From the IMG/VR virus record IMGVR_UViG_3300025626_002437: a stretch of 64,000 bases of DNA; one strand, 5' to 3'. Origin of the DNA: an uncultured virus (IMG/VR IMGVR_UViG_3300025626_002437). Its lineage: Duplodnaviria > Heunggongvirae > Uroviricota > Caudoviricetes. The translations under genes were made by a program, and so were the position numbers. Positions 18,836 through 27,290 of this stretch are shown one piece after another; within the stretch, counting starts at the first letter, position 1, and each line of letters opens with the position of its first letter. Under the pieces are notes generated by a model that saw only the letters and a program-made list of their open reading frames with translations, was not told the DNA's origin and did no database searches.

Positions 18836-19813
18836 ATGGCAATTACAGATAGCGATAAATTAGATTTCCTTTGGAAGAAGGTCGTATACGGTGTAACCGA
18901 AACGAACATTGATGGCAAAGACGGACCTAACGAAATTTACAAGAGTGAAACTTTAACCCTTGCACAAGACGTTTGGCAAAAATCCTCAGATATACCTGCA
19001 ACAGCACCTACAAGTAGTGCAGACACACCAGTGAAATATTATGGTGCGAACTCGGCCAGTGGCGATTACGTTGCTGAACCAATTCAAATGGTTGCTGACC
19101 CAACCGTTTCAGGAGGTAAGACATGGATAGCAGTGGCCGATCCGACAGGTAACGTTGTTCCAGGTAGTGCTAATAGACTAAGAGACTTTATACCACCTTC
19201 GATTGGTAGTACATATCTTGCTAAGGTTTATACAACTGAATCAAATGCTAAAGCAGATTCAAGTAAGATGAATGCGTTAAGTTCCAATGAAGAATGGGTG
19301 TTCGATTATGCGGCAGGTATTTTACACTTCCCAAATAATGTACCATCAGGTATTAGTAGCAATGTATTTTTAGTTGCTCACCAATACGTTGGTACAAAAG
19401 GTGTTGGTGCTAGTTCTAGTGCAAATGGCTTGGTTTTTGCAACTGCTAACGTTTCATACGATAGCGGTACTGCAAATATATTCCTAGTCAATAATGCAGT
19501 CAGAGCCTCAGCAGTTATAATCGAAGTTGATGCGGCATGGACTGATGCTAATAACACAACAGCAATTACTGTTGGTTCTAGCACAGATACAGATTTATTA
19601 TTTAAGGCAAGTGATATTGATTTAACATCAGCCGGACAATATAGATCAGACTTCCATTACATATGGCCAAGCAGTTCAACGGTGCAATTAGTAGCAGAGG
19701 TAACTCAAGGTACCGCTTCGGCAGGTACAGCCAGAGTTTCCGTGGAAATTGAAACAGAAGGTTCTATACAACCTACAGATTACGGACTTGTTACAGATAA
19801 CGGTTCAATATAA
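18836..19813 (+). CDS. virion structural protein
   Basis: Co-transcribed with the previous gene; strong AGGAGG SD; WVFDYAAGILHF motif; followed by a terminator. Confidence 0.55.
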   Translation: MAITDSDKLDFLWKKVVYGVTETNIDGKDGPNEIYKSETLTLAQDVWQKSSDIPATAPTSSADTPVKYYGANSASGDYVAEPIQMVADPTVSGGKTWIAVADPTGNVVPGSANRLRDFIPPSIGSTYLAKVYTTESNAKADSSKMNALSSNEEWVFDYAAGILHFPNNVPSGISSNVFLVAHQYVGTKGVGASSSANGLVFATANVSYDSGTANIFLVNNAVRASAVIIEVDAAWTDANNTTAITVGSSTDTDLLFKASDIDLTSAGQYRSDFHYIWPSSSTVQLVAEVTQGTASAGTARVSVEIETEGSIQPTDYGLVTDNGSI

Positions 19814-19829
19814 TCCAAAGATAGAAATC

Positions 19830-19859
19830 AAATCCCCCTTATTTTAGGGGGATTTTTTT
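19830..19859 (+). terminator. rho-independent terminator
   Basis: AAATCCCCCT-loop-AGGGGGATTT followed by T tract. Confidence 0.85.
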
Positions 19860-19893
19860 GGCCAAAATTTCTATCTCTGAGATAAATACATGT

Positions 19894-20652
19894 ATGAAGA
19901 TAGATGAGGCACTAAACGGATTACAAGGACTCAATAATAACGGTGGCGAAATGCCTCGCGTTAGAAAAGCAAAAAAGATTGAGAAAATTGTCTCAGGTAA
20001 AAAACATAAAAATTTTAGAAAAGGACCAATGAACATTGACCTTTCAAAGTTAGGAGAAGACGAAGTGGAAAATAACGATCCAATATTAAACAAATTAAAA
20101 GAAAAATATGCAAGTAAGAAGTATGCAAAGACTAGTGATAAAAACACTATGAAAGTAAAACCAACTACTGGACATGAATCCCCTAATAAAATGCGTGGTA
20201 AAATGGTAGGCGAAGCACCAGACAAAATGGGCGGAATGTATATGAATAAAGACCAAATGGCAACTACTAAAAAACCTGCTAGACAATCTACTAAAGCCGA
20301 TATGCAAATACAAAGAGATCTTGCAAATGCGGCACGAACAGTATTTAATCACGAAGAATTTAGAAAGTATATGGTGCAGATGCATGGTAGCAAAACTTAT
20401 GACGCAGTTAATCAAAATTTAGTTAAGTATCAAACTGAATTCCAAAATGCTCAAAACAAAGCAAGAGCAGAAAAAGAACTTAATAAGCCTAAACAAGATT
20501 TCAGTAAGTATGATGAACCAGCATTTAAAAGAAGAGCACCTATTAATACAAAAGTAAGCAAGAATCCTATTAACAGTCCTATTACTAGAGCAAATCATCG
20601 TAACAATACAGCCGCGGTAGGTAAGGTTGATCCTAGGAACGAAATTAGTTAA
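19894..20652 (+). CDS. basic modular protein, putative head-internal protein
   Basis: Start MKIDEA 5 nt after GATAAATA; contains SPNKMRGKMVGE module ending in E. Confidence 0.55.
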   Translation: MKIDEALNGLQGLNNNGGEMPRVRKAKKIEKIVSGKKHKNFRKGPMNIDLSKLGEDEVENNDPILNKLKEKYASKKYAKTSDKNTMKVKPTTGHESPNKMRGKMVGEAPDKMGGMYMNKDQMATTKKPARQSTKADMQIQRDLANAARTVFNHEEFRKYMVQMHGSKTYDAVNQNLVKYQTEFQNAQNKARAEKELNKPKQDFSKYDEPAFKRRAPINTKVSKNPINSPITRANHRNNTAAVGKVDPRNEIS

Positions 20653-20909
20653 TGAACTGGTTATTAATCTTATCACTTAAGGCAATACTATCAAGTATTA
20701 TAGGCAGTAGTTTTTATCAATGGTTTAAAAACACAAAGATGGGCGTATGGTTCCAAATCAAAATGGACAACACCATGGAATGGGTAGCAAAGCGATACGA
20801 CTTAGAAATAGCAAGTAGAGAAGAAAAATGGTTAGCACAATATCCCCTATTAGGCAACCGCATAGTACAACTTGAAAAAGAAGTTGCCAATCTTAAAAAG
20901 AAAAAGTAA
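20652..20909 (+). CDS. small protein with N-terminal hydrophobic helix
   Basis: 85 aa; TAATG coupling. Confidence 0.6.
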   Translation: MNWLLILSLKAILSSIIGSSFYQWFKNTKMGVWFQIKMDNTMEWVAKRYDLEIASREEKWLAQYPLLGNRIVQLEKEVANLKKKK

Positions 20910-20952
20910 ATCATTCATCATAAATAATTCCTGTAATTAAACCAGGAGAGAG

Positions 20953-21108
20953 ATGGCAAAAGCGGCAAAGAAATCAAACAGAACCCAAACTAGGAAATGT
21001 TCCAGTATAGGCAGTGGCGGCAGAGGTAGACGTTGTAAAATTGGCATGTCTACAATGAATAAACACAAAAAACGCTCACATAAAAAATACAACGGACAAG
21101 GGAGATAA
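20953..21108 (+). CDS. small highly basic phage protein (51 aa, ...KKYNGQGR; not in ORF track)
   Basis: AGGAG SD and CATAAATA promoter upstream; C-terminus resembles the K/R-Y-R-G-Q-G-R ending of small T4-like phage proteins. Confidence 0.75.
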   Translation: MAKAAKKSNRTQTRKCSSIGSGGRGRRCKIGMSTMNKHKKRSHKKYNGQGR

Positions 21109-21109
21109 C

Positions 21110-21316
21110 ATGCCGATAAAATTTAAACCATCACAAAAAACATTCATCAAAGGTAAAGGTACTAACATAGAACACTTTTACATCAAAAATACTCCTAAAC
21201 AGGAATTAATAGATTATCTAAACAAAGGACAGAAGCCTAAAATCAAACAGAAGTGTAGCAATGAACTTGTTAGACGCGGCATTGAGATAGTTTGGAAAAC
21301 TCCTTCAGAACAATAA
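21110..21316 (+). CDS. hypothetical protein
   Basis: 68 aa with GGAG SD; its 3' end is duplicated at 21834. Confidence 0.65.
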   Translation: MPIKFKPSQKTFIKGKGTNIEHFYIKNTPKQELIDYLNKGQKPKIKQKCSNELVRRGIEIVWKTPSEQ

Positions 21317-21852
21317 AATATCTATAAATAAATTTATGCCTACTCAGTATAAATTTATCAAAAATTTTCTTTCCCCAATAGAATGCGATAACTTTATTGG
21401 TAAGTTGCCATTATTAGATATCAATACAGCACCAGCAATAGATAGAGAAAACGAGGAAGTACCGTTAGACACTTGGTATAGGTTAGAATTATTACCCACA
21501 AGAATTGAACTTAATGTATCTCATACAATCCTATCAAAAATTAGCAAGTTGTTAGAAAAGCAAGTATCTGCAATGGACAATAGGATGTATGTGATTAGAT
21601 ATCAAGAAGGAGAGTTTTGCGTCCCCCATGTAGATCCAACAGAAAAAACAATTATTATACAATTAAATTCCTCTTATACTGGTGGGGATTTTGTTTACAA
21701 CAACGAAGTAATTCCAATGAATAAAGGCGATGCTGTAATTTTTTCAAATATAGATTCTGTACACGGTGTTAAAATGCTAACATCGGGTGAAAGATACTCT
21801 CTTGCTATGTGGCTAAAAGATGATATATAAGTATTTGGAAAACTCCTTCAGA
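21291..21852 (+). repeat. direct repeat TTTGGAAAACTCCTTCAGA (21291-21309 and 21834-21852) flanking the 2OG oxygenase gene
   Basis: 19-bp exact match, extending imperfectly through an in-frame TAA and the ATAAATA promoter. Confidence 0.9.
21336..21830 (+). CDS. 2OG-Fe(II) oxygenase (prolyl-hydroxylase-like)
   Basis: IKNFLSPIEC, RYQEGEFCVPHVD (HxD), YTGGDF, HGV...GERYSLAMW. Confidence 0.85.
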   Translation: MPTQYKFIKNFLSPIECDNFIGKLPLLDINTAPAIDRENEEVPLDTWYRLELLPTRIELNVSHTILSKISKLLEKQVSAMDNRMYVIRYQEGEFCVPHVDPTEKTIIIQLNSSYTGGDFVYNNEVIPMNKGDAVIFSNIDSVHGVKMLTSGERYSLAMWLKDDI

Positions 21853-21877
21853 CGAATAAGTTCTGATAAATACTAGT

Positions 21878-24259
21878 ATGAATTTACAATCATTACTAGA
21901 AGCAATAAACTACGCATCAGACAATCCCAAGGCAAACCCTGAAATAGTCAGGAAGTTTGCTGATGTAGATGCTAAAACCCGTACCTGGTACATTGGTCAA
22001 TGGGCTGATAAGAAGGGTATAAAGAGCGATGATGCTATGCACATGGCAGGCTATGTACAAGATGGTTACATAGGCGCAGGTGCTTGGAACTGGCGTTATG
22101 TAGGTATGGATGATGATAACATCGAAGAGAAAGCACCAAGTGATGCAATTTATGGTATTTTTGCTGATGGCAAGGATGTTACTGCTAGGTATAGTAGTTT
22201 ATCAGATGCCAAAAAGGCGGCAGAAGAATTACAACAAAGAAGTCCAAAAGTCAAATATACAGTCAAAAAAGCAGATCCAGAAAACATAGAAGAAGCAGAG
22301 GAAGATCCGTGGGATAGACATATGAGACAGATGGCTCCTATTAATAAGGCTAAAGGACATTTACCTTATGTAAATGCAGATCCTATTAATAAGGCTAAAG
22401 GACTTAACAAATGTGTAGACTGTGGCAGAATGGAAAAAGATTGCGAGTGTCCAGGACACGACCACGCAAATGAAGAGATAGATATGACAAACGATTTAAA
22501 CGAAATCGAACAAAAGATGATGGGTGCACCTGATTATAATCCAGCAAGAGGTGGTTATACAAATAACATGATAGGCGAACCTGATGGTTATTACGATGCT
22601 GAAGAAAGACAAGAAGCATACGATCAATTACAGGATGCGTTAGCACAATCAAATAGTGTCGAAGCAGAGTATGTTAAAGACGGCCATTGTCCAGAATGTC
22701 CTAATGTAGAGGATAATGAAGATTGTTATGGATTTGGTAATTATGGTTGTGACGATGGTGAATTAACTTATGATGGCGACACAGTAAGTTGGAAGGCAAT
22801 TAAAGACCATGATGAACGTCAAGCACAAAGACAACAAGCAAAAGATAACTATCCGGGCGACGAAGCAGTTATAGACTTTGCGGCTAGTACAGCCAAGCAA
22901 TTGAAGAAGAGTGGCCAAGATCCTAGAGATACATTACAGTATGTTAATCAGGAATATCCAAATTTGGGCAGAGCACAAAGAGCCAGTTTAGTTGCCAAAG
23001 GAATGAAGAAAGCAGGTTTAACCACTGAAGATCAAGTGCCATTTTTACAACGATCAAATTCAGGGTATAAAAAAGCAGTAGATGATTTTAAAAAGTTGAA
23101 TCCTGGTAAAACAGAAGAGGATTTTAAAGAATTAGGAACAAAACAACAAGAAAAATATCTTGACAAGTATTTAGAAGGCAAATCCCCACATAAGAAAGGC
23201 TCAGCAAAATACAAAAATCACATGGCGGCCAAACATGCTAGTATGGGAGAGAACATGAACGAAAATAAATGGAAAGAAATAGAAACCACTAGTGACTATA
23301 TGTTGCCAGTAACAATGGATAATAGGCCATTAGATTGGCCCACATACTGGGAATGGGAACAGTCACATGGAGAAACAAAAAAAAATAGAGCAAGTTTACG
23401 TTTTAGTAATTATGTAAAAAATGCCAAACACGAACTTGGTATTGCTGAAGGCGAACAGCATGGTAATAGCAAAATATATAAAAAGTGCTGGACAGGTTAC
23501 AGCAAAGTCCCAGGTAAAAAAGCAGGCGAAAAAGGTTCTTGTAAAAAGAACGAAGGCAGAATTGAAGATACATTTGGAACTGATACTGTCGACAAACACG
23601 ATAAGCCTAAAAAGAGGAAAAAGGAAGAAAGCATACAAGCAGGCGACGAGTTAATGATTGAAACAGCAGATGGCGAAGGTATTGTTGTACCTGTGTTACA
23701 TGTTGTAAACGAAAACATATTAATTGGTTGGGACGAACTAGCAGAAGACATTGTTGTCGAAGGTGCTAGACAATTAGCAGAATTAAAAAAATTAGCAGGC
23801 TTAGATCAACTCAATGAAATCACAGATGCATCTGCCAAAGAAGTTATTATGCAAATAATAAACAGTTATGGTAAAGATGTTGATTTAGAAACAGAGTTTA
23901 GAAACTATTTTCCAAGACTATCAGATAAGGAAGTAGATTATTACCTTAAAGGATATAAAAAGCCTGAACTTAAATTAGTTAAGAATGAAGCAGAATATCA
24001 AGGACGTAAAGTTAAGTTGGGCAAACCAACTAGAGGCGATGTTAAGAAGTTTAAAGTTTATGTAAAAGATCCTAAAACAGGAAATGTGAAAAAGGTAAAC
24101 TTTGGACATGGTGGTACTAGTGCTAAAAAAGCCGGGCAAAAGACTATGAAAATTAAAAAGTCTAATCCAGCAAGACGCAAGAGTTTTAGAGCAAGACACA
24201 ACTGTGATAATCCGGGTCCTCGTACTAAAGCAAGGTACTGGAGTTGCCGCGCCTGGTAG
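21878..24259 (+). CDS. large modular putative head-internal polyprotein, DUF6321-like C-terminal domain
   Basis: Many short modules ending in xxE; C-terminal EAEYQGRKVKL...KKVNFG...ARRKSFRARHNCD...KARYWSCRAW; leaderless late promoter. Confidence 0.65.
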   Translation: MNLQSLLEAINYASDNPKANPEIVRKFADVDAKTRTWYIGQWADKKGIKSDDAMHMAGYVQDGYIGAGAWNWRYVGMDDDNIEEKAPSDAIYGIFADGKDVTARYSSLSDAKKAAEELQQRSPKVKYTVKKADPENIEEAEEDPWDRHMRQMAPINKAKGHLPYVNADPINKAKGLNKCVDCGRMEKDCECPGHDHANEEIDMTNDLNEIEQKMMGAPDYNPARGGYTNNMIGEPDGYYDAEERQEAYDQLQDALAQSNSVEAEYVKDGHCPECPNVEDNEDCYGFGNYGCDDGELTYDGDTVSWKAIKDHDERQAQRQQAKDNYPGDEAVIDFAASTAKQLKKSGQDPRDTLQYVNQEYPNLGRAQRASLVAKGMKKAGLTTEDQVPFLQRSNSGYKKAVDDFKKLNPGKTEEDFKELGTKQQEKYLDKYLEGKSPHKKGSAKYKNHMAAKHASMGENMNENKWKEIETTSDYMLPVTMDNRPLDWPTYWEWEQSHGETKKNRASLRFSNYVKNAKHELGIAEGEQHGNSKIYKKCWTGYSKVPGKKAGEKGSCKKNEGRIEDTFGTDTVDKHDKPKKRKKEESIQAGDELMIETADGEGIVVPVLHVVNENILIGWDELAEDIVVEGARQLAELKKLAGLDQLNEITDASAKEVIMQIINSYGKDVDLETEFRNYFPRLSDKEVDYYLKGYKKPELKLVKNEAEYQGRKVKLGKPTRGDVKKFKVYVKDPKTGNVKKVNFGHGGTSAKKAGQKTMKIKKSNPARRKSFRARHNCDNPGPRTKARYWSCRAW

Positions 24260-24799
24260 ATGAAACCATTTGTTTATATTGGTGATATCAATATTGATTC
24301 TATTGCTAATAAATTATCTAATAACAATGACTGGAATAATCCTTATTCCATAATTCGACATTCCTACTATGCAGTTCACAGTGATACACATATAATTCCA
24401 TTGATGTGGTCTTTGGAATCTATCAAGTTTGAATATACATCTAAAAGTGCACCTAAAACAGAATATTGGGACAAATATGTTGATAAAGTATTTTTTAAAG
24501 AGTTATTTAAAAAAATTAATACTTATAAAACTGGTCATCCTATAAGAGTTATGTTTGCTCTTCTACCAGCACAATGTTTTATATATCCGCACACTGATAC
24601 AGGTGATTCTTTTTCTGTAAATAGTAGAATACATATACCCATAGTCACTAATGATAAAGTTGAATTCACAGTAGGATCTGAGACTATCTATATGAAGCAA
24701 GGAGAAATATTTGAAATTGATAATCAGGATATGCATTCAGTTTATAATAACTCAGACGAAGATAGAATACATTTAATTTTGGATTGGCATGCACATTAG
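24260..24799 (+). CDS. aspartyl/asparaginyl beta-hydroxylase-like 2OG-Fe(II) oxygenase
   Basis: IYPHTD, RIHIPIVTN, HSVYN...DRIHLILD. Confidence 0.8.
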   Translation: MKPFVYIGDINIDSIANKLSNNNDWNNPYSIIRHSYYAVHSDTHIIPLMWSLESIKFEYTSKSAPKTEYWDKYVDKVFFKELFKKINTYKTGHPIRVMFALLPAQCFIYPHTDTGDSFSVNSRIHIPIVTNDKVEFTVGSETIYMKQGEIFEIDNQDMHSVYNNSDEDRIHLILDWHAH

Positions 24800-25424
24800 T
24801 AAAAGCAAAAATATATTTAATTCACAAGGTACTTGGGGCACAGCCATAGAACAAATGCATTGTCCTAATGCAGAATCATTACAACTATTTGATCAAAGTG
24901 GTTATGATTTATGTCCACTTGAACAAGAGTATGCCAAAGTAAATATGGGCGAAGCATACTTTGTAAGATATAGACGTGCTATTGCTAAACCTTGGTTACT
25001 AAGTGATAGTAAAACAGGTCCACATATAAATCATTCTTATTTGTTTGAACGCAAAGGCTATCACGGATATGCTCTAGAACAGTTAGGGCATTGGGCAGAA
25101 GGCAATCATCTTATACACAAAATGACTCAACTTAAACCTAAGTGGGGTATTGATATAAGTATAGATTATGTTGATAGCAATAGATATAAGACTATGGAGT
25201 TATTTCATTACGAATGGGATAGTAATAGTTTAGATGAAGTAGAAAGTAAAAAATCTGTCATAGAAGAACTATTAGTAAATACAGATTGGAATAACTTTGC
25301 CAAAGAAAAACTTGCTAAAAAAGAAGAATGGGCACACTTAGATTTTGTTGGGCAAAGCAAATGGACTACTAAATACTTAGGCTTACCAAAAGAGAGATTT
25401 AAGTTAGTACCATGGAATATATAA
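24789..25424 (+). CDS. hypothetical protein
   Basis: 211 aa ORF overlapping both neighbours. Confidence 0.65.
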   Translation: MHISKSKNIFNSQGTWGTAIEQMHCPNAESLQLFDQSGYDLCPLEQEYAKVNMGEAYFVRYRRAIAKPWLLSDSKTGPHINHSYLFERKGYHGYALEQLGHWAEGNHLIHKMTQLKPKWGIDISIDYVDSNRYKTMELFHYEWDSNSLDEVESKKSVIEELLVNTDWNNFAKEKLAKKEEWAHLDFVGQSKWTTKYLGLPKERFKLVPWNI

Positions 25425-25954
25425 ACAAACTATCTATACAAATAGATCAAAAACAATTATTAGAAGATGTCGAGTATATACTTGGGTTAACACCATTGTG
25501 GCCTAATCAACAAATCAGCCTTACAAGTATCACAGGCAATGACGATTGGGATTGTAGCATAGGCAAAATTGCTAATTTAAACTATAGCGAACACGAGTTT
25601 ACTACTATTAATAACAGCATAAAAGACCGTTATATAGGCGAATTAATACAAAGTTTAGCACCTAATTACTGTAGATGGCGTATAATGAATAAAGCAAGAC
25701 GCACATGTTATAGTGTTCATCATGACGGCACAGACCATGTAATGCGCCTACACATACCTGTTATAACGAACGATCAAAACTTTTTAATGTTCTACACGGA
25801 TAAGCCTGTAGCAAGTGATACAGGTACTGATATCTCTATTAAACATTACAATTTAGAACCTGGAAATGCGTACTTGATGCGTACTAATTATTTGCATTCA
25901 GCAGTTAATTTCAGCAATGATGATCGAATACACATTGTAGCAACACAGATTTAA
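25412..25954 (+). CDS. aspartyl/asparaginyl beta-hydroxylase-like oxygenase
   Basis: YSVHHD, RLHIPVITN, LHSAVN...DRIHIV. Confidence 0.75.
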   Translation: MEYINKLSIQIDQKQLLEDVEYILGLTPLWPNQQISLTSITGNDDWDCSIGKIANLNYSEHEFTTINNSIKDRYIGELIQSLAPNYCRWRIMNKARRTCYSVHHDGTDHVMRLHIPVITNDQNFLMFYTDKPVASDTGTDISIKHYNLEPGNAYLMRTNYLHSAVNFSNDDRIHIVATQI

Positions 25955-26178
25955 CTTGCGTCTACTAATGCCTTATACTCTGTAAAACCGCCAATCTTAT
26001 TACCGTCTACTATAATTTGTGGGAATGTCCTAGCACCAGGAAATGTTTCCATTAACTGTTCTCTATTAAAGTCCTCATCTAACATTTTATATGTTAGTTT
26101 GTGACCTTCTCTTTCTGCTAATGCTTTTGCTTGAACGCAATAAGGACATTGTGGTTTGCTATATATTTCAACTTTCAT
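25951..26178 (-). CDS. glutaredoxin
   Basis: CPYC active site, RTFPQI, IGGF. Confidence 0.92.
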   Translation of the reverse strand: MKVEIYSKPQCPYCVQAKALAEREGHKLTYKMLDEDFNREQLMETFPGARTFPQIIVDGNKIGGFTEYKALVDAS

Positions 26179-26186
26179 AATTTTAT

Positions 26187-26840
26187 TTATACCTTGCTAA
26201 TGTACATCCATTGACCTCTTGGATGGCCAATTGGACCGTTAAATATTTTCTTTAATCCACAACTTGCAACAATATTATCCATATGTTGTTCGCTGTAGAA
26301 TAAATCTTCTTTGGAATGAGTTGCTTGTTGATTTGCTTGATTTTCTTCTAACCCTTCTAACTGGAAGTAAGTAAAGTAAATTTTACCATCAGGCGATAAT
26401 GTGTCTTTAACATTGTTTAAGCAATGCTTTATATCTGCTACACTTAGATGTGACATCAAACTTTGACACCATGCATAATCAACTGGTTTGTCTACAAATG
26501 CACAATTAAACTCGCTATTTACAGAAAATCTAGGAGTTTTATCAAACACAGTTTCGGGTGTTAATACTTCATTTAAACCGTATTCAATTAGTTCTGGCAT
26601 TCGATCTAATCCAAAGTAATTAGTTGAATCTAAATATGGAATAACAAACTGCCCTGTTCTCAGTGCACCACAACCAACATCAAATAATACATGATTAGGG
26701 TTTAGTCCGTGATATAATAGATATTCAAAATGATCTTTACCCATTAAATCAAAATCAAGTCGACTTTCTGACCCTACAAATTCTATTGCACCGTCTCTGG
26801 ATATCTTATCAATATATTGCTCTTGTTTTGTAGCCGCCAT
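26187..26840 (-). CDS. class I SAM-dependent methyltransferase
   Basis: LFDVGCGALR motif I, YFGLD, QSLMSHL, LSPDGK. Confidence 0.85.
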   Translation of the reverse strand: MAATKQEQYIDKISRDGAIEFVGSESRLDFDLMGKDHFEYLLYHGLNPNHVLFDVGCGALRTGQFVIPYLDSTNYFGLDRMPELIEYGLNEVLTPETVFDKTPRFSVNSEFNCAFVDKPVDYAWCQSLMSHLSVADIKHCLNNVKDTLSPDGKIYFTYFQLEGLEENQANQQATHSKEDLFYSEQHMDNIVASCGLKKIFNGPIGHPRGQWMYISKV

Positions 26841-26881
26841 AGTAATATTTATCTTGTTTACTATGGATATTTATGGAGTTT

Positions 26882-27289
26882 TTAACTTACGCCGCTTGGG
26901 TCTTGATCTCTGTCGTCGTTGTAGTTTGGATCTGATACTTCTATGTCACCTTGACTACCGTCACCAGTCATATCATCGCCTGGCGGTACTTGCATTGTGT
27001 TTTCTAAATAGTGAGCACAGTCACTTAGATATGCTCCTGCTTTAGTAATCTTTGCTTGCCACCAATTTGGGAAATCTGAATCTGGCAATTCTTTTAGAGT
27101 CTTTGCGATCTCTACACTATATTTTCCCATTTGGTATAATTGGCGTCTAATCATATCTCTTTCATTATCAACATGACCAATTGCCACTTTTACATTGTCG
27201 CTGTCACCAGCATCTTTTTCGAATAGTTGGCCGTATATGCCTGCTAATTCCTGTAATCTTTTTAAATCTTCTTTGCTAACTTTACTCAT
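26882..27289 (-). CDS. putative head-associated protein
   Basis: RLQELAGI motif then QLFE junction; WWQAKITKA...HYLE module. Confidence 0.5.
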   Translation of the reverse strand: MSKVSKEDLKRLQELAGIYGQLFEKDAGDSDNVKVAIGHVDNERDMIRRQLYQMGKYSVEIAKTLKELPDSDFPNWWQAKITKAGAYLSDCAHYLENTMQVPPGDDMTGDGSQGDIEVSDPNYNDDRDQDPSGVS

Positions 27290-27290
27290 A

